Positions 11,165 through 19,612 of a stretch of DNA of 64,000 nucleotides are shown one piece after another. A model generated the notes under the pieces. It saw nothing but the letters and a program-made list of their open reading frames with translations. It was not told the origin of the DNA and did no database searches. A program made the position numbers and the translations under genes. Origin of the DNA: Thermodesulfobacteriota bacterium (GTDB lineage: Bacteria > Desulfobacterota > Desulfarculia > JACQYL01); NCBI GenBank assembly GCA_963675595.2, contig CAXXLZ010000002.1:1408001-1472000 (forward strand), read 5' to 3'. How positions within the stretch are numbered: the stretch's first letter is position 1; each line of letters opens with the position of its first letter.

Positions 11165-11546
11165 GAGATGATAGGTTGTTGATTCAGATGATTCACTGAA
11201 AACATGGCAGGGGAGACGATAAGGCCTCAGCGCGGCCTGAACGCATAATCGGAAGTACATTGTCGGGAGCCCCCCAAGATATCTTGTACGTCTGCGAAGT
11301 CCTCCGGGAAGTTCGCTCATTGGAAGCACCCCCCGCGGTTGATCTCTAAACCCAGCCCCCTATTCCCAGGAAAGTTACGGCGGATTTCTTCGGATTGCAT
11401 GGACTGTTCGGCCGGTGAGACTTTGCCGCCGAGGGCAAAGCGTACCCGCGACCTCCTTAGCGTGTATTTCCGATACGCACGCCTCGAACACGACACCTGA
11501 GAGTGCAATCGCCTCCCCATCTCTCCAACATTTGGAAACTAAGAAG

Positions 11547-12026
11547 ATGAACGAAGACTACAACTCGAGGATTCGAGGGTATGATCCCCTCTCGGAAGAG
11601 ACGGCCATTCCTCCCAGCTTGGTGGAGAGACTGGTATTGGAAGTGTGCGGCGAAGAAGCGAAAGAGCTGTGTGATCTGGTCGTCGCATCAACCAAGGCGG
11701 GCGTCACGGTCGGGGAACTGATGAGCGACATCGTCAACGTGGGAATGATGGCCTATTTGACTATCGAACCGGACGAGTCGGGAGCTTCCCGTACGGGTTA
11801 TGAAGCGGAGTGTCTGGAGTTGCCTTTTGAGCTGTACGGCACTCAGGCCCGCGGGTTCCACGAGCTTTCCACGGCGGCCGCCAGACTCGGCACTTCGAAA
11901 AAGGAGTTGGTGGCCCGCATTTATCGTTTGGGAGTGAAATTGTCCAAGGAAGCTGAAAGAAGAAAAATGCTTCCGCTGGATTATCTGGCCTGGTACAAGG
12001 ATCATGTCCGTGTCGCGCTGCAATAG
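11547..12026 (+). CDS. Hypothetical protein with two ribbon-helix-helix-like repeats
   Basis: 159 aa. Ungapped 40-aa internal repeat (11/40 identical) with a strand-helix-G-x-[ST]-helix pattern. Start chosen at ATG 11547; RBS is weak. Confidence 0.65.
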   Translation: MNEDYNSRIRGYDPLSEETAIPPSLVERLVLEVCGEEAKELCDLVVASTKAGVTVGELMSDIVNVGMMAYLTIEPDESGASRTGYEAECLELPFELYGTQARGFHELSTAAARLGTSKKELVARIYRLGVKLSKEAERRKMLPLDYLAWYKDHVRVALQ

Positions 12027-12493
12027 CGGCGTGATCATTATTTGAGCCGACAAGGGCCCGGGGTCTTCCCGGGCGCCCCCGATCTTTCGTGGAGATGCTT
12101 CCGTGTCTATCCGTTTTCTGGCCCGCCGCCTCTATCAGGCGGTGTCTCGGGTGAGCGAACTCGAGGAGCGCCTGGAGCATTCGCCTCCGGAAGAACGCAC
12201 CCGTATCGAAACGGAACTATGGGGGGCGCGCAGAGACAAGGAACGGTTGATGAAGACGTTGAAAGCGAAGAAGGACTGACCGGCCGGAACGCTCACCCCA
12301 CCTTTTCTCTCTCGTTCCTCCGCTCATTCGTGCTCCGCCCCCCGTTGCGAACGATTCTCACCGCCCGGTTCCGGTTGACTTCCACCGTGTGCTTCATTAG
12401 TTTTTTTGCAGGACTTGGTCGAGAACACACCCGGCCCTATCCCGTCCTTTGGCCCCGCCGATGACAGGCGGGCTGTTTCAGCCGGGAGCCGTT

Positions 12494-12901
12494 ATGAACC
12501 CGGTAACGCCCATTTTGTCCGGCACCGTGCAGTCCGCACTCAGTCGTTGGGGACGGACGGGTCGGTCTACCGAATTTTATGATCGGTGGACTGCGGAAGC
12601 CAGGTCGAAGGAACTCCGCGATAAGCTCGAACAAGAGCGCATCGCAGAGGAAGCGCGCCTGGAGAAAGTGGACCTTGCCGCCAACCCTCTCGGCGCGGCT
12701 GAAATCGCGGAAAATTACATTGTCCGCAGAACCTACGAACCCTCCCCCAATGGCGCGTCCGTCTACGAGAAGGAATCGGAGCAATGGACGGCCACCGTAT
12801 ACGAGTTGAAACGAAAATGGACGCCGGACATGGATGAGGCGGTATTGGAAATCCTCATCAAAAAAGAAGACTCACCGCCTCTGGTGGACGGTTACGTCTG
12901 A
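12494..12901 (+). CDS. Hypothetical protein
   Basis: 135 aa, GGGAG RBS, protein-like composition with a coiled coil; ends in ...PLVDGYV. Confidence 0.65.
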   Translation: MNPVTPILSGTVQSALSRWGRTGRSTEFYDRWTAEARSKELRDKLEQERIAEEARLEKVDLAANPLGAAEIAENYIVRRTYEPSPNGASVYEKESEQWTATVYELKRKWTPDMDEAVLEILIKKEDSPPLVDGYV

Positions 12902-13191
12902 GTGGAGGCTGATTCCTGCCGCTCGTCGCTTCGGGATATTCGGGCATGATTGTCTTGGATGAAGAATGATTTTTCGAAAGAATGGGGGCTTCTTTCCCAT
13001 TCTTCTCGGCCCGCTGTGATGCCGGCCCGCCGCAGGCCGGTGGGACACGGCAAGGTGCAAAGTGCGCAAATCCCGAGGGCCGGGTCGTACATGCCATTGA
13101 TCGCAGGGACGAGAGCCGCGGCCGCACGTCACGGATCGCAGTTTTCAACCTCTTGTTATGTTTCACCAGGTTTCCACGTCGAGGCTCCATA

Positions 13192-13683
13192 ATGAATTCC
13201 GGATTGAAGGCCCCTCTGATCGCGCTTCTGTTCATGGGCATGCTTGGGCTGGGACTTTGGTCTTGGTATGAACCTCAAGGGTCCGACCGAGACAACTATG
13301 TCACCATCGCAAGTCTCGCGGATCCGGATGTTCTCTCCGAAGTTCACGAGCCGATGGTCTTCCGGGTCCCGGTGACCATTACCGCCTACAATCCGGACCG
13401 TCGACAGACCGATGCGACTCCGCGAATCACTTCCTCCGGATCCTCGCCGGAAGACGGCGTAGTCGCTTTGAGCCGCGATCTGGAACGTTTCTTCGGACTG
13501 GAATTCGGCGACCGTATCACCATCGAAGGGATGGGGTTTTTCCGATTCGAGGACCGCATGCATTCCCGAAAGCGTCGCCAGGTGGACATTTTCATGGAGA
13601 GTCTGGAAAAGGCCAAAGAATTCGGAAGAAGAAAGGGATGGATTCGCGTGCTTTATGATCCCTCCGCCAAAGATGACGACTGA
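13192..13683 (+). CDS. 3D-domain (MltA-like) peptidoglycan-active protein with N-terminal TM
   Basis: VTITAYN...QTDATPRITSSG, VALSRDL, FGDRITIEG, EDRM, VDIFM...AKEFGRR pattern of 3D domains. Confidence 0.85.
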   Translation: MNSGLKAPLIALLFMGMLGLGLWSWYEPQGSDRDNYVTIASLADPDVLSEVHEPMVFRVPVTITAYNPDRRQTDATPRITSSGSSPEDGVVALSRDLERFFGLEFGDRITIEGMGFFRFEDRMHSRKRRQVDIFMESLEKAKEFGRRKGWIRVLYDPSAKDDD

Positions 13684-13940
13684 TCCCTGCCGACTTCTCA
13701 CCTTCTTTCAAGCACTCCATACACGTCTCTTTTAGACTGTCCGTCGAAACAGGCCTGTCGGTAGTCACCCCGTTGAAGTCCCGCCTCCAGGGTCGGATAC
13801 CTTCCACACCTGATTCACTTTCCTCGCGACAATGGTTAGCATGGGTCAATTGACGGAAAGTGACCGGCAAAACCACCCAATTGCGCCCGACAATTTATCG
13901 TAACGAAAAATTCTCAATATTAAGAAAAGGAGGACATTCC

Positions 13941-14363
13941 ATGCAGGATAAGTCGAGTCTTCACCTGAAGGTCCAGGAACTTTGCGACTGTTACGCGACC
14001 AATGACCCGCTGGAGGAGATGTCCAGACTGGCCAACGACGAAAACAAGGAAGAAGCCGCCCTCAAGTGGATCGCCCTGGCGGCTTTGCACGCAGTCAATG
14101 CGGGAGCGAAAAAGATCACTCTCTCCGTGGACGACAATGGTGAAGTGAAAGCTACGGCCAAGTATCGGGAAGCCGTTCTTCCATCCCCGGGGCAGGAGAT
14201 CGGCCGTAAGATCATTGAAGATGTCCGCGCCATCATGCATTTCGAAAAAGGAAAGCAGAAAGGCCCCCTGGCTCTCGGCATCCGTAACGACAGTCTGGAG
14301 ATCGGTGTTTCCGCCTCCAAGGACAAACACGAAGAAGAAATCGAGCTCAAGTTCCCCGGATAA
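13941..14363 (+). CDS. Hypothetical protein, possibly a stand-alone PilB/GspE N2-like domain
   Basis: Strong AGGAGG RBS; 140 aa; fold similarity inferred from secondary-structure pattern only. Confidence 0.75.
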   Translation: MQDKSSLHLKVQELCDCYATNDPLEEMSRLANDENKEEAALKWIALAALHAVNAGAKKITLSVDDNGEVKATAKYREAVLPSPGQEIGRKIIEDVRAIMHFEKGKQKGPLALGIRNDSLEIGVSASKDKHEEEIELKFPG

Positions 14364-14403
14364 CCGAGAGAGAGGAATCGAATCGCTCGGGCTGATTCGT
14401 CCC

Positions 14404-14432
14404 TTGACACCACGAGGATTTGTCTGTATAGA
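14404..14432 (+). promoter_or_regulatory. sigma70 promoter of the leader-DAHP synthase transcript
   Basis: TTGACA-N17-TATAGA. Confidence 0.65.
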
Positions 14433-14465
14433 TGATCTACTGATCTTGATAAAAAGGCGAATTTC

Positions 14466-14552
14466 ATGAACGGTCGTAACACCCGAGTTTATTACTGGTG
14501 CTGGTGGCGGAAATCGGAACAGGGGTGTGCCGACCGGAATTCTGTTGCCTGA
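14466..14552 (+). CDS. Attenuator leader peptide (28 aa, MNGRNTRVYYWCWWRKSEQGCADRNSVA)
   Basis: Cluster of 2 Tyr + 3 Trp codons, between a promoter and terminator hairpins, upstream of DAHP synthase. Too short for the supplied ORF track. Confidence 0.85.
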   Translation: MNGRNTRVYYWCWWRKSEQGCADRNSVA

Positions 14553-14575
14553 ACGACCATAAAAAATGCATAGGC

Positions 14576-14612
14576 AAGGACGGTGGGTCACCCGGACCCA
14601 CCGTCCTTTTTT
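14576..14612 (+). terminator. Attenuator terminator T1
   Basis: AAGGACGGTGGGTC-acccg-GACCCACCGTCCTT followed by a T tract. Confidence 0.85.
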
Positions 14613-14618
14613 GTTTTC

Positions 14619-14651
14619 AGGGCCGTGGGTCTCCTCCCACGGCCCTTTTTT
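14619..14651 (+). terminator. Second attenuator terminator T2
   Basis: AGGGCCGTGGG-tctcct-CCCACGGCCCT followed by a T tract. Confidence 0.8.
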
Positions 14652-14713
14652 CGAGGGCCCCGTCCGTGCCGCATCCCAGGATTCCCCTTTTCACCCTGAA
14701 AGGAGATGTCGCC

Positions 14714-15733
14714 ATGTTGGTGGTCATGGACCGGAAAGCAACGCAGGAGCAGGTAGACGCAGTCATTGAAGCCATCGAAAAGAAGGGATACAAACCGCGG
14801 CCCATTCCTGGAGGAGAGCGGGTCGCCATCGGCATCCTGCACAATCTGGGGGCGGTGGACGCCTCGCCCTTTGTGGGTTTACCGGGAGTCAAGGATTTGA
14901 TTCCCGTAACGAGGCCCTACAAGCTGGTCAGCCGGGAAACCCAGCCCGAGGACACCGTCATCAAGCTGGGCGATACCCGGGTCGGGAACGGAAACTTCAC
15001 CCTCATCGCCGGCCCCTGCGCCGTTGAGAGCGAGACCCAGGCCCTCGTCATCGCGGAGCATGTCCGTCGCTCCGGAGCGCACCTTTTTCGAGGCGGCGCG
15101 TTCAAACCCCGGACTTCTCCTTATTCCTTTCAAGGACTGGGGGAAGAGGGGCTCAAGATTTTGGCGAAAGTGAGAGAGGAGACCGGAATGCCGGTGGTCA
15201 CCGAGGTGATGGACGTCGAAAACTACTCCCTGGTGGAGGAGTACGCGGACGTGGTCCAAATCGGCACCCGGAACATGCAGAACTTCAGTCTCCTCCGCAG
15301 GGCGAGCCTTTCTCCGAAACCGGTGCTGCTCAAGCGCGGTATGGCCGCCACCATCGAAGAATGGCTCATGGCCGCAGAGTACATTCTCGAGGGAGGCAAC
15401 CGTCAGGTGATTCTTTGCGAGCGGGGAGTCAGGACTTTCGCGCATCACAGCCGGAACACGCTGGACCTTTCCGCGGTTCCCGTGGTGCGCAAGGAAAGCC
15501 ATCTGCCCATCATCGTGGACCCGAGTCATGCCGCGGGCCGTCGCGACCAGGTGATCCCCCTGAGTCGGGCCGCCGTGGCCGTCGGTGCCCACGGAATCAT
15601 GGTGGAGGTCCATCACGACCCGGACCATGCTTTGAGCGACGGAGCCCAGTCTCTGTATCCCGAGCAGTTCGACGAACTGACTCGATGCGTATTGGGCATC
15701 TTCGACAATCTCAAGGCTTACCAAGGCGTCTGA
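14714..15733 (+). CDS. aroF: 3-deoxy-7-phosphoheptulonate (DAHP) synthase, type I-beta with N-terminal regulatory domain
   Basis: IAGPCAVES, RGGAFKPRTSPYSFQG, QIGTRNMQNF, LKRG, CERGVRTF, DPSHAAG, SDGAQSL; AGGAG RBS before ATG 14714. Confidence 0.95.
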   Translation: MLVVMDRKATQEQVDAVIEAIEKKGYKPRPIPGGERVAIGILHNLGAVDASPFVGLPGVKDLIPVTRPYKLVSRETQPEDTVIKLGDTRVGNGNFTLIAGPCAVESETQALVIAEHVRRSGAHLFRGGAFKPRTSPYSFQGLGEEGLKILAKVREETGMPVVTEVMDVENYSLVEEYADVVQIGTRNMQNFSLLRRASLSPKPVLLKRGMAATIEEWLMAAEYILEGGNRQVILCERGVRTFAHHSRNTLDLSAVPVVRKESHLPIIVDPSHAAGRRDQVIPLSRAAVAVGAHGIMVEVHHDPDHALSDGAQSLYPEQFDELTRCVLGIFDNLKAYQGV

Positions 15734-15849
15734 ACGACGAAACCGTACCCGCCCGGAACCGCGGTAGGAGGTGGTTCGGCCGAGGTCGTGAATTCGGCCC
15801 GCCGAAATTCCATTGACTTCTCCGGGGATCCGGGTAAGATACGAACTTG

Positions 15850-16002
15850 ACATAGGTTCCAAAGGGTTACTTAGGGAAATTCCGTTTGAATCGGAAGCGG
15901 ACCCGCCGCTGTGATCGGGGACGAAAGCCGCGACAAGCCACTGTCCATGAAGGATGGGAAGGCGCGGCCGGTAGGACGAACCGAGAGCCAGAAAACCTGC
16001 CC
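15850..16002 (+). ncRNA. Cobalamin riboswitch
   Basis: AGGTT...AGGGAA, CCCGCCGCTGT, GCCACTG...GGGAAGGC and B12-box GAGCCAGAAAACCTGCC. Confidence 0.92.
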
Positions 16003-16063
16003 TTGGGAACATGACGGGATCCTCGCGGAAAGGGGTTGCCCGACTTGTAAAGTGGGCAGTCTT

Positions 16064-16100
16064 ACCCCCTCCCTCTGAAGAGCGGCCAGGGGTTTTTTTT
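16064..16100 (+). terminator. Riboswitch expression-platform terminator
   Basis: ACCCCCT...AGGGGT stem followed by a long T run, before the first TonB-operon gene. Confidence 0.6.
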
Positions 16101-16187
16101 ATTCCCTTTTCCGCTTCTCACGGACCGGAGAAGCGTCTCCTCATTGCTTCGGAGCTGCGTTCTCCGGAACCTTGCATAAGGAAGTCG

Positions 16188-16967
16188 ATGGTGCCCACTT
16201 CACAAAAGTCACATTTCCTTTGTTTGGCCGTTCTTCTGATTGTCGGCCTTTTTGTCGCCTCACCCCTTTCGGCCGCCTCTTCTTCCCGAGCCCTTCAGGA
16301 AAAGGTCGAAGGCGCCATACGCTCGGAACGCGGCATTCAGGAAAAGGCGGAACGTTGGGCCGCGGATAGAACCGAGGTACTGGCGGAAATCCGTGAGCTC
16401 AAGAATCAGAAGCAGTGGCTGGACCTGCAGAAGAAGAAGTACCTCTCCTACATCGAAAAACTCAACGAATCTCTGGCGGAACTCAACAGGAAAAAGAAAG
16501 AGATCGAGATTCTCAAGACCTCTCTCGAGCCCTATCTGTATGAAACCGTCGATCGGTTGGACCTTTCGATCCACCAAGACCTTCCGTTTCTCATGGGGGA
16601 AAGGACCAGGAGGCTGACCTTTCTCAAGGATTCCCTGGCCGACTATGATCTTGGATCCGGGGAAAAACTCCGGAGAATTCTGGAAGCCCTTCACGTGGAG
16701 GCGGACTACGGGAGAAACATCGAAAAGAGCGAGGCCGTACTCGAGATACAAGGCTCTCAGACCAGCGTATATCTCCTTCGCATAGGCCGCACCGCCGTTT
16801 TTTATGTCTCCCTCGACGGCACCAAAGTCGGCCGTTTGACTCCCACGGGAGAATGGGAACCGTTGCCGTCCGGTTACGCTTCCGAACTCACCCGGGCCAT
16901 GGAAATGGCGGAGCGTAGACGCGCCGTAGAACTTGTGGAACTGCCTTTGGGGGAGGTGAAACCATGA
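16188..16967 (+). CDS. DUF3450/TtpB-like periplasmic TonB-system protein
   Basis: Signal peptide, coiled coil, DLPFLxxER, EKLRRILEAL, LRIGRTAVFY. The ORF-track start (16011) falls inside the riboswitch platform, so ATG 16188 is preferred. Confidence 0.85.
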   Translation: MVPTSQKSHFLCLAVLLIVGLFVASPLSAASSSRALQEKVEGAIRSERGIQEKAERWAADRTEVLAEIRELKNQKQWLDLQKKKYLSYIEKLNESLAELNRKKKEIEILKTSLEPYLYETVDRLDLSIHQDLPFLMGERTRRLTFLKDSLADYDLGSGEKLRRILEALHVEADYGRNIEKSEAVLEIQGSQTSVYLLRIGRTAVFYVSLDGTKVGRLTPTGEWEPLPSGYASELTRAMEMAERRRAVELVELPLGEVKP

Positions 16968-18460
16968 TGGTCCGACCTTCTCCGTTTTCCTGCAGCGCTT
17001 CGCCGTCCCGTCTCGAGTCCGGTGTTCTCGATCTCAAGAGAAAAGCCCTCGTCATCGCGCTCGCATTCCTCTCGTTCGCAACTCTGTCCACAACTCGTCT
17101 ATGGGCTTCCTGGGACGTTGTGGCCGCTCAGGTGGAACAGGACACCGAGTCCGGACTCCGGCAGGCGCAGGAAACACTGGCCGGCATAGAAGAAGAACGC
17201 AAAACGTTCCTGGCCGAGCGGGCGACACTCTCCGCGGAGGTCCGCGCGCAGGAAGCGGAACTCGACGCACTGACCAAAAAGTTCGAAAGTCTGCGTGCTG
17301 AAGAGCAGCGCCTGAGCGAGGAACTGGCCGCGGAAACCGAGGAAGTCAAAGTGCTGGAAGGAGCCGTGCGCAGCACCGCCAAAGACGCGGAAGCCTCTTT
17401 TCGCTCCGACCCGATTTCCGTCGAAGTTCCGGCCAGGCTGGAATTGGTGGGGCAACTCGCGGCCGCCGGCCGATTCCCCGGTCTCGACGATATTCGTAAA
17501 TTCGTGGACTTCTATTTCGACGATATCCAGCGTTCGGGCACCACGGAGGTCCGCCAAGGAAATTTCATCGGCCCCGAGGGCAGGGAGCAATCCGGTGATA
17601 TTCTCCGGGTAGGTCCCTTCTCGGCCTATTACAGGCTCGACGGAAAGGTCGGATTCCTCCGGTACGAAGAAAAAGGAAATCGCCTGGTAGCGGTCCCGGT
17701 CCGACCTTCCTGGAGTGAGCGAGGTTCCATTGAAGACTGGTTTGAAGGGCATGGAGAGACTCTGCCCGTGGACCTGTCGGGCGGGGCGATCTTCAGCCGG
17801 CTCACACGCAGCGGCGGTCTCATCGATTGGCTCAAATCCGGCGGCCCACTGGTCTGGCCCATTCTTCTGGTCGGTTTTCTGGCCTTGGGTTTGACCTTGG
17901 AACGCGCCTACACCTTGTTCCGAATCCGGGTTCGCACGGACGAGGTCATGGATCGACTGAAATCCATGGCCGTTAAGGGTCAGTGGCAGGAAAGCCGGGA
18001 TTACTGTTCCTCTTTCGAACGCTATCCCACCTGCCGGGTGCTGCTGGCCGGTCTCAAGAATCTGGGAAGTTCGAGAGACGCGTTGGAGAATATTCTTCAA
18101 GAACGCATCCTCAAAGAGCTTTCCCGTTTGGAACGGTTCCTCCCCACCATCAGCGTGCTGGCGGCCATTGCCCCATTGCTGGGCCTTTTGGGCACGGTGA
18201 CCGGCATGATCAATACGTTCCAGGTGATCACGGTTTACGGAACCGGTGACCCCCGGATGATGTCCGGAGGCATTTCGGAAGCCTTGGTGACCACCCAGCT
18301 CGGTTTGGCCATCGCGGTGCCCATTGTTCTATTGCATCACTTCCTTCAGAGGCGAGTGGATCGTATCACCGGAGACATGGAAGAAAAAGGAACGGCCCTG
18401 GTGGCCACCCTGCTCAAGACCGGCGCGGTGGAAAGGAAGGTGATCCGCCACGCTGCCTGA
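16964..18460 (+). CDS. TtpC-like long MotA/TolQ/ExbB protein
   Basis: Periplasmic coiled coil, LPVDLSGG, C-terminal APLLGLLGTVTGMI...GGISEALVTTQLGL. Confidence 0.9.
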   Translation: MMVRPSPFSCSASPSRLESGVLDLKRKALVIALAFLSFATLSTTRLWASWDVVAAQVEQDTESGLRQAQETLAGIEEERKTFLAERATLSAEVRAQEAELDALTKKFESLRAEEQRLSEELAAETEEVKVLEGAVRSTAKDAEASFRSDPISVEVPARLELVGQLAAAGRFPGLDDIRKFVDFYFDDIQRSGTTEVRQGNFIGPEGREQSGDILRVGPFSAYYRLDGKVGFLRYEEKGNRLVAVPVRPSWSERGSIEDWFEGHGETLPVDLSGGAIFSRLTRSGGLIDWLKSGGPLVWPILLVGFLALGLTLERAYTLFRIRVRTDEVMDRLKSMAVKGQWQESRDYCSSFERYPTCRVLLAGLKNLGSSRDALENILQERILKELSRLERFLPTISVLAAIAPLLGLLGTVTGMINTFQVITVYGTGDPRMMSGGISEALVTTQLGLAIAVPIVLLHHFLQRRVDRITGDMEEKGTALVATLLKTGAVERKVIRHAA

Positions 18461-18464
18461 TTGG

Positions 18465-19070
18465 ATGATCAGCACTGCGGAGTATGTCCAGCACGGAGGC
18501 GTAGTCATGTTTCCGTTGGCGGTGGTGTCCGCCTGGATGTGGCTTCTCATATTCAAGAAGCTTGCGGAACTCCGCGGCATCGACAGCGGGAGGCTCACGC
18601 TTGAACGATCCCGCGCGTTCTTGGAAAACCCCGAGAGCGCTCCGGACGGTTGGCGCGGGGACCTGATCCGTGAATTCAGCAGAGACCGCGTGTTCGACCC
18701 CGAGGCTGATCGGAAGACCGTCGAGGCTCTGGTGTACCGAAAATCCAATCGTCTCGGACGTCATGTGAGGACCATCATTGTGTTGGCCTCGGTGGCGCCT
18801 TTGCTCGGGCTGCTGGGAACGGTCACCGGGATGATCACTACCTTCGACGTGATTTCCTTTTTCGGCACCGGAAACGCGCGCGCCATGGCCGGAGGGATTT
18901 CGGAAGCACTCATCAGCACCCAAAGCGGTCTTGTGGTGGCGATCCCCGGCTACCTCATGGGGTCGGTGCTTTTCCGTCGTATTCAGAAGAACCAGGCGAG
19001 AATGAAAAGATTCGGCTTGGACCTCTGCACCGCCTGTGAATTTGGGGACACGTTGAATAGCGCCGAATAA
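18465..19070 (+). CDS. exbB: ExbB/MotA/TolQ proton channel
   Basis: APLLGLLGTVTGMITTF, AGGISEALISTQSGL. Confidence 0.9.
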   Translation: MISTAEYVQHGGVVMFPLAVVSAWMWLLIFKKLAELRGIDSGRLTLERSRAFLENPESAPDGWRGDLIREFSRDRVFDPEADRKTVEALVYRKSNRLGRHVRTIIVLASVAPLLGLLGTVTGMITTFDVISFFGTGNARAMAGGISEALISTQSGLVVAIPGYLMGSVLFRRIQKNQARMKRFGLDLCTACEFGDTLNSAE

Positions 19071-19198
19071 ATTCACTACATCCGCCTTTCCCGGATGCAG
19101 CCGGCATATTCGGCCGAAAAGCCTCGAAGGACGGATTAGAAACCATACATGAAACCGCCGAGTTTGCCCACTCGACGTCCTCAAGGGGAGATTGCCGG

Positions 19199-19612
19199 AT
19201 GATCGGAGTCCGGAACCGACTGCAACGCTCGCGGCCCACGGAAATCAACATGGCGCCGCTCATCGACATGATCTTCATCCTGCTGATTTTCTTCATCGTG
19301 ACCACGAGTTTCGTGAAGGAATCCGGCGTCGAAGTCAGGCGTCCAACTGCTCAGAGCGCGGAAACTCAGGAAAAAACCAATCTCATTGTGGGCGTCACTC
19401 AGGAGGGAACGGTCTACATCGAGGGTCAGAGTGTGGACGTTCGCGCCGTCAGGGCTCGCATGGAAAGATTCCTGGCGGAAATGCCCGACGGCTCGGTGGT
19501 CATCTCGGCGGACAAGGAAAGCCACACCGGTGTGGTGGTGCAGGTGTTGGATGCCTGCCGCCTGGCCGGCGTGCGTAATATCAGTATCGCGGCCCGGAAG
19601 ACTTACCAATGA
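19199..19612 (+). CDS. exbD: ExbD/TolR
   Basis: EINMAPLIDMIFILLIFFIVTTSF motif. Confidence 0.93.
   Translation: MIGVRNRLQRSRPTEINMAPLIDMIFILLIFFIVTTSFVKESGVEVRRPTAQSAETQEKTNLIVGVTQEGTVYIEGQSVDVRAVRARMERFLAEMPDGSVVISADKESHTGVVVQVLDACRLAGVRNISIAARKTYQ

Noticed and set aside
11200-11525. tmRNA or RNase P identity for the structured leader
   Set aside because: No T-arm/CCA end or tag reading frame, and no GAGGAAAGUCC RNase P motif.
14498-14713. 72-aa N-terminal extension of DAHP synthase in the ORF track
   Set aside because: Runs through the attenuator hairpins; the real RBS and ATG are at 14701-14716.
16011-16187. N-terminal extension of the DUF3450 ORF
   Set aside because: Overlaps the riboswitch terminator; the signal peptide begins after ATG 16188.
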